Part shown: piece after piece, positions 1-14,909 of the stretch
Numbering within the stretch: position 1 is the first letter of the stretch
Layout: the number at the start of each line of letters is the position of its first letter
Origin: Nemertoderma westbladi
Taxonomy: Eukaryota; Animalia; Xenacoelomorpha
Direction: 5' to 3'
Assembly: GCA_032718475.1 (NCBI GenBank)
Contig: JAUCBJ010008015.1
Location: 21,400-85,399 of the forward strand
DNA length: 64,000 nucleotides
Notes under the pieces: generated by a model
Database searches by the model: none
What the model saw: the letters and a program-made list of their open reading frames with translations, nothing else
Told to the model about the DNA's origin: nothing
Made by a program: the position numbers and the translations under genes

Positions 1-27
1 ATAGAGACGAGTACTGCGTTGACAAAG

Positions 28-250
28 GTTGGTTGAGCGCAGGACCTTCAATCTATTGGTTGTACCGGTAGGTTCAGCCCCGCCAGGGTCCACTCAGCCT
101 TTCATCCACTGGGGTCGATAAAATTAGTACTAGTTAAATAACTGGGAGCAAATCTTGGGGTAGGAGTAGCGCCCACCCCTACCTTCGGGTAACAGCTATC
201 GAAAGAGGAGCCCTCGGGTCGCCTCCGGCTTCGGCCGACTGTTTGCTTGC
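28..250 (+). mobile_element. tRNA-derived SINE, 5'-truncated copy
   Basis: Near-identical to 35446-35690 (GTTGGTTGAGC...GGTTCAGCCCC...CTCAGCCTTTCATCCACTGGGGTCGATAAAAT...CCTCCGGCTTCGGCCGACTGTTT), with Pol III A/B-box-like head. Confidence 0.8.
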
Positions 251-326
251 TAACTGCGTTGACTATAAAAGGCGCAGGTTTAATTAACGACACCCCACAG
301 CGTTACTTGCGAGCTACTAAACACAA

Positions 327-3300
327 ACTCTACCACGATAAACTTACTGTATCGGTAGGCGGTGTCCCGTCGTGTCTACTCTACTCTACCACGATATACT
401 TACTGTATCGGTAGGCGGTGTCTCGTCGTGTCTACTCTACTCTACCACGATATACTTACTGTATCGGTAGGCGGTGTCTCGTCGTGTCTACTCTACTCTA
501 CCACGATATACTTACTGTATCGGTAGGCGGTGTCCCGTCGTGTCTACTCTACTCTACCACGATATACTTACTGTATCGGTAGGCGGTGTCCCGTCGTGTC
601 TACTCTACTCTACCACGATATACTTACTGTATCGGTAGGCGGTGTCCCGTCGTGTCTACTCTACTCTACCACGATATACTTACTGTATCGGTAGGCGGTG
701 TCCCGTCGTGTCTACTCTACTCTACCACGATATACTTACTGTATCGGTAGGCGGTGTCCCGTCGTGTCTACTCTACTCTACCACGATATACTTACTGTAT
801 CGGTAGGCGGTGTCCCGTCGTGTCTACTCTACTCTACCACGATATACTTACTGTATCGGTAGGCGGTGTCTCGTCGTGTCTACTCTACTCTACCACGATA
901 TACTTACTGTATCGGTAGGCGGTGTCTCGTCGTGTCTACTCTACTCTACCACGATATACTTACTGTATCGGTAGGCGGTGTCCCGTCGTGTCTACTCTAC
1001 TCTACCACGATATACTTACTGTATCGGTAGGCGGTGTCCCGTCGTGTCTACTCTACTCTACCACGATATACTTACTGTATCGGTAGGCGGTGTCCCGTCG
1101 TGTCTACTCTACTCTACCACGATATACTTACTGTATCGGTAGGCGGTGTCCCGTCGTGTCTACTCTACTCTACCACGATATACTTACTGTATCGGTAGGC
1201 GGTGTCCCGTCGTGTCTACTCTACTCTACCACGATATACTTACTGTATCGGTAGGCGGTGTCTCGTCGTGTCTACTCTACTCTACCACGATATACTTACT
1301 GTATCGGTAGGCGGTGTCTCGTCGTGTCTACTCTACTCTACCACGATATACTTACTGTATCGGTAGGCGGTGTCCCGTCGTGTCTACTCTACTCTACCAC
1401 GATATACTTACTGTATCGGTAGGCGGTGTCTCGTCGTGTCTACTCTACTCTACCACGATATACTTACTGTATCGGTAGGCGGTGTCTCGTCGTGTCTACT
1501 CTACTCTACCACGATATACTTACTGTATCGGTAGGCGGTGTCTCGTCGTGTCTACTCTACTCTACCACGATATACTTACTGTATCGGTAGGCGGTGTCCC
1601 GTCGTGTCTACTCTACTCTACCACGATATACTTACTGTATCGGTAGGCGGTGTCTCGTCGTGTCTACTCTACTCTACCACGATATACTTACTGTATCGGT
1701 AGGCGGTGTCCCGTCGTGTCTACTCTACCACGATATACTTACTGTATCGGTAGGCGGTGTCCCGTCGTGTCTACTCTACTCTACCACGATATACTTACTG
1801 TATCGGTAGGCGGTGTCCCGTCGTGTCTACTCTACTCTACCACGATATACTTACTGTATCGGTAGGCGGTGTCTCGTCGTGTCTACTCTACCACGATATA
1901 CTTACTGTATCGGTAGGCGGTGTCCCGTCGTGTCTACTCTACTCTACCACGATAACTTACTGTACGGTAGGCGGTGTCCGTCGTGTCTACTCTACCACGA
2001 TATACTTACGTACGGTAGGCGGTGTCCCGTCGTGTCTACTCTACTCTACCACGATATACTTACTGTATCGGTAGGCGGTGTCCCGTCGTGTCTACTCTAC
2101 TCTACCACGATATACTTACTGTATCGGTAGGCGGTGTCCCGTCGTGTCTACTCTACTCTACCACGATATACTTACTGTATCGGTAGGCGGTGTCCCGTCG
2201 TGTCTACTCTACTCTACCACGATATACTTACTGTATCGGTAGGCGGTGTCTCGTCGTGTCTACTCTACTCTACCACGATATACTTACTGTATCGGTAGGC
2301 GGTGTCCCGTCGTGTCTACTCTACCACGATATACTTACTGTATCGGTAGGCGGTGTCCCGTCGTGCTCTACTCTACTCTACCACGATATACTTACTGTAT
2401 CGGTAGGCGGTGTCTCGTCGTGTCTACTCTACTCTACCACGATATACTTACTGTATCGGTAGGCGGTGTCCCGTCGTGTCTACTCTACTCTACCACGATA
2501 TACTTACTGTATCGGTAGGCGGTGTCTCGTCGTGTCTACTCTACCACCGATATACTTACTGTATCGGTAGGCGGTGTCCCGTCGTGTCTACTCTACTCTA
2601 CCACGATATACTTACTGTATCGGTAGGCGGTGTCTCGTCGTGTCTACTCTACTCTACCACGATATACTTACTGTATCGGTAGGCGGTGTCTCGTCGTGTC
2701 TACTCTACTCTACCACGATATACTTACTGTATCGGTAGGCGGCGTCTCGTCGTGTCTACTCTACTCTACCACGATATACTTACTGTATCGGTAGGCGGTG
2801 TCCCGTCGTGTCTACTCTACTCTACCACGATATACTTACTGTATCGGTAGGCGGTGTCTCGTCCTGTCTACTCTACTCTACCACGATATACTTACTGTAT
2901 CGGTAGGCGGTGTCCCGTCGTGTCTACTCTACTCTACCACGATATACTTACTGTATCGGTAGGCGGTGTCCCGTCGTGTCTACTCTACTCTACCACGATA
3001 TACTTACTGTATCAGTAGGCGGTGTCCCGTCGTGTCTACTCTACTCTACCACGATATACTTACTGTATCGGTAGGCGGTGTCCCGTCGTGTCTACTCTAC
3101 TCTACCACGATATACTTACTGTATCAGTAGGCGGTGTCCCGTCGTGTCTACTCTACTCTACCACGATATACTTACTGTATCGGTAGGCGGTGTCTCGTCG
3201 TGTCTACTCTACTCTACCACGATATACTTACTGTATCGGTAGGCGGTGTCCCGTCGTGTCTACTCTACTCTACCACGATATACTTACTGTATCGGTAGGC

Positions 3301-6300
3301 GGCGTCCCGTCGTGTCTACTCTACTCTACCACGATATACTTACTGTATCGGTAGGCGGTGTCCCGTCGTGTCTACTCTACCACGATATACTTACTGTATC
3401 GGTAGGCGGTGCCCCATCGTGTCTACTCTACTCTACCACGATATACTTACTGTATCGGTAGGCGGTGTCTCGTCGTGTCTACTCTACTCTACCACGATAT
3501 ACTTACTGTATCGGTAGGCGGTGTCCCGTCGTGTCTACTCTACTCTACCACGATATACTTACTGTATCGGTAGGCGGTGTCCCGTCGTGTCTACTCTACT
3601 CTACCACGATATACTTACTGTATCGGTAGGCGGTGTCTCGTCGTGTCTACTCTACTCTACCACGATATACTTACTGTATCGGTAGGCGGTGTCTCGTCGT
3701 GTCTACTCTACTCTACCACGATATACTTACTGTATCGGTAGGCGGTCTCCCGTCGTGTCTACTCTACTCTACCACGATATACTTACTGTATCGGTAGGCG
3801 GTGTCCCGTCGTCTCTACTCTACTCTACCATGATATACTTACTGTATCGGTAGGCGGTATCTCGTCGTGTCTACTCTACTCTACCACGATATACTTACTG
3901 TATCGGTAGGCGGTGTCCCGTCGTGTCTACTCTACCACGATATACTTACTGTATCGGTAGGCGGTGCCCCATCGTGTCTACTCTACTCTACCACGATATA
4001 CTTACTGTATCGGTAGGCGGTGTCTCGTCGTGTCTACTCTACTCTACCACGATATACTTACTGTATCGGTAGGCGGTGTCCCGTCGTGTCTACTCTACTC
4101 TACCACGATATACTTACTGTATCGGTAGGCGGTGTCTCGTCGTGTCTACTCTACCACGATATACTTACTGTATCGGTAGGCGGTGTCCCGTCGTGTCTAC
4201 TCTACTCTACCACGATATACTTACTGTACCGGTAGGTGGTGTCTCGTCGTGTCTACTCTACTCTACCACGATATACTTACTGTATCGGTAGGCGGTGTCC
4301 CGTCGTCTCTACTCTACTCTACCACGATATACTTACTGTATCGGTAGGCGGTATCTCGTCGTGTCTACTCTACTCTACCACGATATACTTACTGTATCGG
4401 TAGGCGGTGTCCCGTCGTGTCTACTCTACCACGATATACTTACTGTATCGGTAGGCGGTGCCCCATCGTGTCTACTCTACTCTACCACGATATACTTACT
4501 GTATCGGTAGGCGGTGTCTCGTCGTGTCTACTCTACTCTACCACGATATACTTACTGTATCGGTAGGCGGTGTCCCGTCGTGTCTACTCTACTCTACCAC
4601 GATATACTTACTGTATCGGTAGGCGGTGTCCCGTCGTGTCTACTCTACTCTACCACGATATACTTACTGTATCGGTAGGCGGTGTCTCGTCGTGTCTACT
4701 CTACTCTACCACGATATACTTACTGTATCGGTAGGCGGTGTCTCGTCGTGTCTACTCTACTCTACCACGATATACTTACTGTATCGGTAGGCGGTGTCTC
4801 GTCGTGTCTACTCTACTCTACCACGATATACTTACTGTATCGGTAGGCGGTGTCCCGTCGTGTCTACTCTACTCTACCACGATATACTTACTGTATCGGT
4901 AGGCGGTGTCCCGTCGTGTCTACTCTACTCTACCACGATATACTTACTGTATCGGTAGGCGGTGTCCCGTCGTGTCTACTCTACTCTACCACGATATACT
5001 TACTGTATCGGTAGGCGGTGTCTCGTCGTGTCTACTCTACTCTACCACGATATACTTACTGTATCGGTAGGCGGTGTCTCGTCGTGTCTACTCTACTCTC
5101 CACGATATACTTACTGTATCGGTAGGCGGTGTCCCGTCGTGTCTACTCTACTCTACCACGATATACTTACTGTATCGGTAGGCGGTGTCTCGTCGTGTCT
5201 ACTCTACTCTACCACGATATACTTACTGTATCGGTAGGCGGTGTCTCGTCGTGTCTACTCTACTCTACCACGATATACTTACTGTATCGGTAGGCGGTGT
5301 CCCGTCGTGTCTACTCTACTCTACCACGATATACTTACTGTATCGGTAGGCGGTGTCCCGTCGTGTCTACTCTACCACGATATACTTACTGTATCGGTAG
5401 GCGGTGTCTCGTCGTGTCTACTCTACTCTACCACGATATACTTACTGTATCGGTAGGCGGTGTCTCGTCGTGTCTACTCTACTCTACCACGATATACTTA
5501 CTGTATCGGTAGGCGGTGTCCCGTCGTGTCTACTCTACTCTACCACGATATACTTACTGTATCGGTAGGCGGTGTCTCGTCGTGTCTACTCTACTCTACC
5601 ACGATATACTTACTGTATCGGTAGGCGGTGTCCCGTCGTGTCTACTCTACTCTACCACGATATACTTACTGTATCGGTAGGCGGTGTCTCGTCGTGTCTA
5701 CTCTACTCTACCACGATATACTTACTGTATCGGTAGGCGGTGTCTCGTCGTGTCTACTCTACTCTACCACGATATACTTACTGTATCGGTAGGCGGTGTC
5801 CCGTCGTGTCTACTCTACTCTACCACGATATACTTACTGTATCGGTAGGCGGTGTCTCGTCGTGTCTACTCTACTCTACCACGATATACTTACTGTATCG
5901 GTAGGCGGTGTCTCGTCGTGTCTACTCTACTCTACCACGATATACTTACTGTATCGGTAGGCGGTGTCCCGTCGTGTCTACTCTACTCTACCACGATATA
6001 CTTACTGTATCGGTAGGCGGTGTCTCGTCGTGTCTACTCTACTCTACCACGATATACTTACTGTATCGGTAGGCGGTGTCTCGTCGTGTCTACTCTACTC
6101 TACCACGATATACTTACTGTATCGGTAGGCGGTGTCCCGTCGTGTCTACTCTACTCTACCACGATATACTTACTGTATCGGTAGGCGGTGTCCCGTCGTG
6201 TCTACTCTACTCTACCACGATATACTTACTGTATCGGTAGGCGGTGTCTCGTCGTGTCTACTCTACTCTACCACGATATACTTACTGTATCGGTAGGCGG

Positions 6301-9300
6301 TGTCTCGTCGTGTCTACTCTACTCTACCACGATATACTTACTGTATCGGTAGGCGGTGTCCCGTCGTGTCTACTCTACTCTACCACGATATACTTACTGT
6401 ATCGGTAGGCGGTGTCCCGTCGTGTCTACTCTACTCTACCACGATATACTTACTGTATCGGTAGGCGGTGTCTCGTCGTGTCTACTCTACTCTACCACGA
6501 TATACTTACTGTATCGGTAGGCGGTGTCCCGTCGTGTCTACTCTACTCTACCACGATATACTTACTGTATCGGTAGGCGGTGTCCCGTCGTGTCTACTCT
6601 ACTCTACCACGATATACTTACTGTATCGGTAGGCGGTGTCTCGTCGTGTCTACTCTACTCTACCACGATATACTTACTGTATCGGTAGGCGGTGTCCCGT
6701 CGTGTCTACTCTACTCTCCACGATATACTTACTGTATCGGTAGGCGGTGTCTCGTCGTGTCTCTACTCTACCACGATATACTTACTGTATCGGTAGGCGG
6801 TGTCTCGTCGTGTCTACTCTACTCTACCCGATATACTTACTGTATCGGTAGGCGGTGTCTCGTCGTGTCTACTCTACCACGATATACTTACTGTATCGGT
6901 AGGCGGTGTCTCGTCGTGTCTACTCTACTCTACCACGATATACTTACTGTATCGGTAGGCGGTGTCCCGTCGTGTCTACTCTACTCTACCACGATATACT
7001 TACTGTATCGGTAGGCGGTGTCCCGTCGTGTCTACTCTACTCTACCACGATATACTTACTGTATCGGTAGGCGGTGTCCCGTCGTGTCTACTCTACTCTA
7101 CCACGATATACTTACTGTATCGGTAGGCGGTGTCCCGTCGTGTCTACTCTACTCTACCACGATATACTTACTGTATCGGTAGGCGGTGTCCCGTCGTGTC
7201 TACTCTACTCTACCACGATATACTTACTGTATCGGTAGGCGGTGTCTCGTCGTGTCTACTCTACTCTACCACGATATACTTACTGTATCGGTAGGCGGTG
7301 TCCCGTCGTGTCTACTCTACTCTACCACGATATACTTACTGTATCGGTAGGCGGTGTCTCGTCGTGTCTACTCTACTCTACCACGATATACTTACTGTAT
7401 CGGTAGGCGGTGTCCCGTCGTGTCTACTCTACTCTACCACGATATACTTACTGTATCGGTAGGCGGTGTCCCGTCGTGTCTACTCTACTCTACCACGATA
7501 TACTTACTGTATCGGTAGGCGGTGTCTCGTCGTGTCTACTCTACTCTACCACGATATACTTACTGTATCGGTAGGCGGTGTCTCGTCGTGTCTACTCTAC
7601 TCTACCACGATATACTTACTGTATCGGTAGGCGGTGTCTCGTCGTGCTCTACTCTACCACGATATACTTACTGTATCGGTAGGCGGTGTCCCGTCGTGTC
7701 TACTCTACTCTACCACGATATACTTACTGTATCGGTAGGCGGTGTCTCGTCGTGTCTACTCTACTCTACCACGATATACTTACTGTATCGGTAGGCGGTG
7801 TCTCGTCGTGTCTACTCTACTCTACCACGATATACTTACTGTATCGGTAGGCGGTGTCCCGTCGTGTCTACTCTACTCTACCACGATATACTTACTGTAT
7901 CGGTAGGCGGTGTCTCGTCGTGTCTACTCTACTCTACCACGATATACTTACTGTATCGGTAGGCGGTGTCTCGTCGTGTCTACTCTACCACGATATACTT
8001 ACTGTATCGGTAGGCGGTGTCTCGTCGTGTCTACTCTACTCTACCACGATATACTTACTGTATCGGTAGGCGGTGTCTCGTCGTGTCTACTCTACCACGA
8101 TATACTTACTGTATCGGTAGGCGGTGTCTCGTCGTGTCTACTCTACTCTACCCGATATACTTACTGTATCGGTAGGCGGTGTCTCGTCGTGTCTACTCTA
8201 CTCTACCACGATATACTTACTGTATCGGTAGGCGGTGTCTCGTCGTGTCTACTCTACTCTACCACGATATACTTACTGTATCGGTAGGCGGTGTCCCGTC
8301 GTGTCTACTCTACTCTACCACGATATACTTACTGTATCGGTAGGCGGTGTCTCGTCGTGTCTACTCTACTCTACCACGATATACTTACTGTATCGGTAGG
8401 CGGTGTCCCGTCGTGTCTACTCTACTCTACCACGATATACTTACTGTATCGGTAGGCGGTGTCCCGTCGTGTCTACTCTACTCTACCACGATATACTTAC
8501 TGTATCGGTAGGCGGTGTCTCGTCGTGTCTACTCTACTCTACCACGATATACTTACTGTATCGGTAGGCGGTGTCCCGTCGTGTCTACTCTACTCTACCA
8601 CGATATACTTACTGTATCGGTAGGCGGTGTCTCGTCGTGTCTACTCTACTCTACCACGATATACTTACTGTATCGGTAGGCGGTGTCTCGTCGTGTCTAC
8701 TCTACTCTACCACGATATACTTACTGTATCGGTAGGCGGTGTCCCGTCGTGTCTACTCTACTCTACCACGATATACTTACTGTATCGGTAGGCGGTGTCC
8801 CGTCGTGTCTACTCTACTCTACCACGATATACTTACTGTATCGGTAGGCGGTGTCTCGTCGTGTCTACTCTACTCTACCACGATATACTTACTGTATCGG
8901 TAGGCGGTGTCTCGTCGTGTCTACTCTACTCTACCCGATATACTTACTGTATCGGTAGGCGGTGTCCCGTCGTGTCTACTCTACTCTACCACGATATACT
9001 TACTGTATCGGTAGGCGGTGTCCCGTCGTGTCTACTCTACTCTACCACGATATACTTACTGTATCGGTAGGCGGTGTCTCGTCGTGTCTACTCTACTCTA
9101 CCACGATATACTTACTGTATCGGTAGGCGGTGTCTCGTCGTGTCTACTCTACTCTACCACGATATACTTACTGTATCGGTAGGCGGTGTCTCGTCGTGTC
9201 TACTCTACTCTACCACGATATACTTACTGTATCGGTAGGCGGTGTCCCGTCGTGTCTCTCTACTCTACCACGATATACTTACTGTATCGGTAGGCGGTGT

Positions 9301-12300
9301 CCCGTCGTGTCTACTCTACTCTACCACGATATACTTACTGTATCGGTAGGCGGTGTCCCGTCGTGTCTACTCTACTCTACCACGATATACTTACTGTATC
9401 GGTAGGCGGTGTCCCGTCGTGTCTACTCTACTCTACCACGATATACTTACTGTATCGGTAGGCGGTGTCTCGTCGTGTCTACTCTACTCTACCACGATAT
9501 ACTTACTGTATCGGTAGGCGGTGTCCCGTCGTGTCTACTCTACCTCACGATATACTTACTGTATCGGTAGGCGGTGTCTCGTCGTGTCTACTCTACCCAC
9601 GATATACTTACTGTATCGGTAGGCGGTGTCTCGTCGTGTCTACTCTACTCTACCACGATATACTTACTGTATCGGTAGGCGGTGTCTCGTCGTGTCTACT
9701 CTACCACGATATACTTACTGTATCGGTAGGCGGTGTCTCGTCGTGTCTACTCTACTCTACCACGATATACTTACTGTATCGGTAGGCGGTGTCCCGTCGT
9801 GTCTACTCTACTCTACCACGATATACTTACTGTATCGGTAGGCGGTGTCCCGTCGTGTCTACTCTACTCTACCACGATATACTTACTGTATCGGTAGGCG
9901 GTGTCCCGTCGTGTCTACTCTACTCTACCACGATATACTTACTGTATCGGTAGGCGGTGTCCCGTCGTGTCTACTCTACTCTACCACGATATACTTACTG
10001 TATCGGTAGGCGGTGTCCCGTCGTGTCTACTCTACTCTACCACGATATACTTACTGTATCGGTAGGCGGTGTCTCGTCGTGTCTACTCTACTCTACCACG
10101 ATATACTTACTGTATCGGTAGGCGGTGTCCCGTCGTGTCTACTCTACTCTACCACGATATACTTACTGTATCGGTAGGCGGTGTCTCGTCGTGTCTACTC
10201 TACTCTACCACGATATACTTACTGTATCGGTAGGCGGTGTCCCGTCGTGTCTACTCTACTCTACCACGATATACTTACTGTATCGGTAGGCGGTGTCCCG
10301 TCGTGTCTACTCTACTCTACCACGATATACTTACTGTATCGGTAGGCGGTGTCCCGTCGTGTCTACTCTACCACGATATACTTACTGTATCGGTAGGCGG
10401 TGTCTCGTCGTGTCTACTCTACTCTACCACGATATACTTACTGTATCGGTAGGCGGTGTCTCGTCGTGTCTACTCTACTCTACCACGATATACTTACTGT
10501 ATCGGTAGGCGGTGTCCCGTCGTGTCTACTCTACTCTACCACGATATACTTACTGTATCGGTAGGCGGTGTCTCGTCGTGTCTACTCTACTCTACCACGA
10601 TATACTTACTGTATCGGTAGGCGGTGTCTCGTCGTGTCTACTCTACTCTACCACGATATACTTACTGTATCGGTAGGCGGTGTCCCGTCGTGTCTACTCT
10701 ACTCTACCACGATATACTTACTGTATCGGTAGGCGGTGTCTCGTCGTGTCTACTCTACTCTACCACGATATACTTACTGTATCGGTAGGCGGTGTCCCGT
10801 CGTGTCTACTCTACTCTACCCGATATACTTACTGTATCGGTAGGCGGTGTCTCGTCGTGTCTACTCTACTCTACCACGATATACTTACTGTATCGGTAGG
10901 CGGTGTCTCGTCGTGTCTACTCTACCACGATATACTTACTGTATCGGTAGGCGGTGTCTCGTCGTGTCTACTCTACCACGATATACTTACTGTATCGGTA
11001 GGCGGTGTCTCGTCGTGTCTACTCTACTCTACCACGATATACTTACTGTATCGGTAGGCGGTGTCTCGTCGTGTCTACTCTACCACGATATACTTACTGT
11101 ATCGGTAGGCGGTGTCCCGTCGTGTCTACTCTACTCTACCACGATATACTTACTGTATCGGTAGGCGGTGTCTCGTCGTGTCTACTCTACTCTACCACGA
11201 TATACTTACTGTATCGGTAGGCGGTGTCTCGTCGTGTCTACTCTACTCTACCACGATATACTTACTGTATCGGTAGGCGGTGTCCCGTCGTGTCTACTCT
11301 ACTCTACCACGATATACTTACTGTATCGGTAGGCGGTGTCTCGTCGTGTCTACTCTACTCTACCACGATATACTTACTGTATCGGTAGGCGGTGTCCCGT
11401 CGTGTCTACTCTACTCTACCACGATATACTTACTGTATCGGTAGGCGGTGTCCCGTCGTGTCTACTCTACTCTACCACGATATACTTACTGTATCGGTAG
11501 GCGGTGTCTCGTCGTGTCTACTCTACTCTACCACGATATACTTACTGTATCGGTAGGCGGTGTCCCGTCGTGTCTACTCTACTCTACCACGATATACTTA
11601 CTGTATCGGTAGGCGGTGTCCCGTCGTGTCTACTCTACTCTACCACGATATACTTACTGTATCGGTAGGCGGTGTCTCGTCGTGTCTACTCTACCACGAT
11701 ATACTTACTGTATCGGTAGGCGGTGTCTCGTCGTGTCTACTCTGCCACGATATACTTACTGTATCGGTAGGCGGTGTCCCGTCGTGTCTACTCTACTCTA
11801 CCACGATATACTTACTGTATCGGTAGGCGGTGTCTCGTCGTGTCTACTCTACTCTACCACGATATACTTACTGTATCGGTAGGCGGTGTCTCGTCGTGTC
11901 TACTCTACTCTACCACGATATACTTACTGTATCGGTAGGCGGTGTCCCGTCGTGTCTACTCTACTCTACCACGATATACTTACTGTATCGGTAGGCGGTG
12001 TCCCGTCGTGTCTACTCTACTCTACCACGATATACTTACTGTATCGGTAGGCGGTGTCCCGTCGTGTCTACTCTACTCTACCACGATATACTTACTGTAT
12101 CGGTAGGCGGTGTCTCGTCGTGTCTACTCTACTCTACCACGATATACTTACTGTATCGGTAGGCGGTGTCTCGTCGTGTCTACTCTACTCTACCACGATA
12201 TACTTACTGTATCGGTAGGCGGTGTCTCGTCGTGTCTACTCTACTCTACCACGATATACTTACTGTATCGGTAGGCGGTGTCTCGTCGTGTCTACTCTAC

Positions 12301-13682
12301 CACGATATACTTACTGTATCGGTAGGCGGTGTCTCGTCGTGTCTACTCTACTCTACCACGATATACTTACTGTATCGGTAGGCGGTGTCCCGTCGTGTCT
12401 ACTCTACTCTACCACGATATACTTACTGTATCGGTAGGCGGTGTCTCGTCGTGTCTACTCTACTCTACCACGATATACTTACTGTATCGGTAGGCGGTGT
12501 CTCGTCGTGTCTACTCTACTCTACCACGATATACTTACTGTATCGGTAGGCGGTGTCCCGTCGTGTCTACTCTACTCTACCACGATATACTTACTGTATC
12601 GGTAGGCGGTGTCTCGTCGTGTCTACTCTACTCTACCACGATATACTTACTGTATCGGTAGGCGGTGTCCCGTCGTGTCTACTCTACTCTACCACGATAT
12701 ACTTACTGTATCGGTAGGCGGTGTCTCGTCGTGTCTACTCTACTCTACCACGATATACTTACTGTATCGGTAGGCGGTGTCCCGTCGTGTCTACTCTACT
12801 ATACCACGATATACTTACTGTATCGGTAGGCGGTGTCCCGTCGTGTCTACTCTACCACGATATACTTACTGTATCGGTAGGCGGTGTCCCGTCGTGTCTA
12901 CTCTACTCTACCACGATATACTTACTGTGTCGGTAGGCGGTGTCCCGTCGTGTCTACTCTACTCTACCACGATATACTTACTGTATCGGTAGGCGGTGTC
13001 CCGTCGTGTCTACTCTACTCTACCACGATATACTTACTGTGTCGGTAGGCGGTGTCTCGTCGTGTCTACTCTACTCTACCACGATATACTTACTGTGTCG
13101 GTAGGCGGTGTCTCGTCGTGTCTACTCTACTCTACCACGATATACTTACTGTATCGGTAGGCGGTGTCTCGTCGTCTCTACTCTACTCTACCACGATATA
13201 CTTACTGTATCGGTAGGCGGTGTCTCGTCGTGTCTACTCTACTCTACCACGATATACTTACTGTATCGGTAGGCGGTGTCTCGTCGTGTCTACTCTACTC
13301 TACCACGATATACTTACTGTACCGGTAGGCGGTGTCCCGTCGTGTCTACTCTACCACGATATACTTACTGTATCGGTAGGCGGTGTCCCGTCGTGTCTAC
13401 TCTACTCTACCCGATATACTTACTGTACCGGTAGGCGGTGTCTCGTCGTGTCTACTCTACTCTACCACGATATACTTACTGTATCGGTAGGCGGTGTCCC
13501 GTCGTGTCTACTCTACTCTACCACGATATACTTACTGTATCGGTAGGCGGTGTCCCGTCGTCTCTACTCTACTCTACCACGATATACTTACTGTATCGGT
13601 AGGCGGTGTCCCGTCGTGTCTACTCTACTCTACCACGATATACTTACTGTATCGGTAGGCGGTGTCTCGTCGTGTCTACTCT
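327..13682 (-). repeat. 56-bp tandem array (~240 copies) made of the gene B exon 3' end plus 5' splice donor
   Basis: Minus-strand unit AGAGTAGACACGACG(A/G)GACACCGCCTACCGATACA|GTAAGTATATCGTGGTAGAGT. The outermost copy is the real end of exon 13648-13848 (...SRHDETPPTDT|gtaagt). 51-bp variants lack one CTACT. Confidence 0.95.
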
Positions 13683-13848
13683 GCCAGTCTCCGACCTCAT
13701 TAAGGACATTTAGGACGGTATCCAAGGTTTCCTTACTGGCCGCCTCCGCTGGCTCCAATGAGCCCAAGTTTCCGTCGATTTTACCCAATAAGTTCTCCAC
13801 AACGGGAACTATTCCGCTACCGGCCTCCTCGGATACGAGATTACTTAA
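13648..13848 (-). CDS. Gene B exon, helical segment after HormR (probable start of GAIN domain of an adhesion GPCR)
   Basis: tttcag|LSNLVSEEAGSGIVPVVENLLGKIDGNLGSLEPAEAASKETLDTVLNVLNEVGDWQSRHDETPPTDT|gtaagt; 201 nt, phase 0-0, compatible with exon 14669-14909. Confidence 0.8.
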
Positions 13849-14668
13849 CTGAAACAACAACGGAGAGTCGGAATAGAAATGTAATAAATAAAATCCATTA
13901 AATAATAAAACGAATCTTGATTTTACATTTATTTAATACGGAATTTACGTAATTAATAAAATTACTGTGAATTAAGTTATAATATTATAATAATTATTAT
14001 AGAATTAAATATTTTTCTAATATTTGCATTGAATATTTTTTCTTAAAAAAGCAGAACATCAATGTGAAAAACAGAAAATAACTCTAACAATAAAATGATT
14101 CAATTTCGCTTGATCGCTTGACTGCGATCGTTTATCTAACTTATTAAAACATTATTGTTGCAGATAGGGGGGGGAACTGGTCGCAATAAAAATGTCCCTC
14201 CAAGGGAAATTCGACGCAAATAACAGTTGATTACTCTAAAAAATAAAGCTGTAACCTGTGTGTTTAGTTTATTGTTTTGGTTAAAATAACGTGCCACTGT
14301 AACCTGCTCCTTTCCCTAAATTAAGAATTTAACATTGAGGCGGGATATTAATTCGCCGAGGCGGGTTTTGCGTCCTGTTTCCCCCGCTGTCTCTATTGTT
14401 GTCGTATAGGCCTACTAATCCTACTATTCTTGCGAGATAATTCTTATTTTTAATAATATTTTGATAATTCGTTATTAGGTCACAACTTTGGTGCGTAAAC
14501 ATTAAGTTTACCAGACCGGCACTCTGTCGGAAATACCTCGGGAAATATAAACGGGCGAAATCCCAAAACCCGCGGAAACTGAGCAACAAATAGCGGCCGG
14601 ATCTAAAGACGAACAGACCAAAACGGAGCGGGAAGCCGAGTTTATCGATAGAAAGAATAGAAACTCAC

Positions 14669-14909
14669 CACATCGCTGGAGGACTCTATCTTCTCCTCGA
14701 CGTTACCAGTCTGTCCGGCGTCCCGACACCGCGAACTATCGACCGGGGCCCAGACCCCCTCCGTCGAACACCGTCTGGTAGCGAATCCGACCAGGTTCGT
14801 TCCGACACACAGAGCCTTCCGTTGTTTACCGCCCTTCGTAAAGGGCCAATTAGTGCCGTCGTCGGTCTCCAGTGAGGGGCACCATACACCGCCTTCGGGG
14901 AGACCTGAC
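14669..14909 (-). CDS. Gene B exon, hormone-receptor (HormR/HRM) domain
   Basis: gtttag|...WCPSLETDDGTNWPFTKGGKQRKALCVGTNLVGFATRRCSTEGVWAPVDSSRC...SSDV|gtgagt. The C-W-C-(A-x-R-x)C-(G-x)W-C pattern is typical of HormR; phase 2-0. Confidence 0.85.

Noticed and set aside
327-13682. CRISPR-like array, or the many 'MSRRVYSTLP' ORFs
   Set aside because: No unique spacers and no cas genes in a eukaryotic context; the ORFs are translations of the satellite starting at GTG.
327-13682. Recursive-splicing ratchet points in the arrays
   Set aside because: Units lack a polypyrimidine-AG|GT juxtaposition (CAGTAAGT shares the G, and the acceptor unit is AG|GA).
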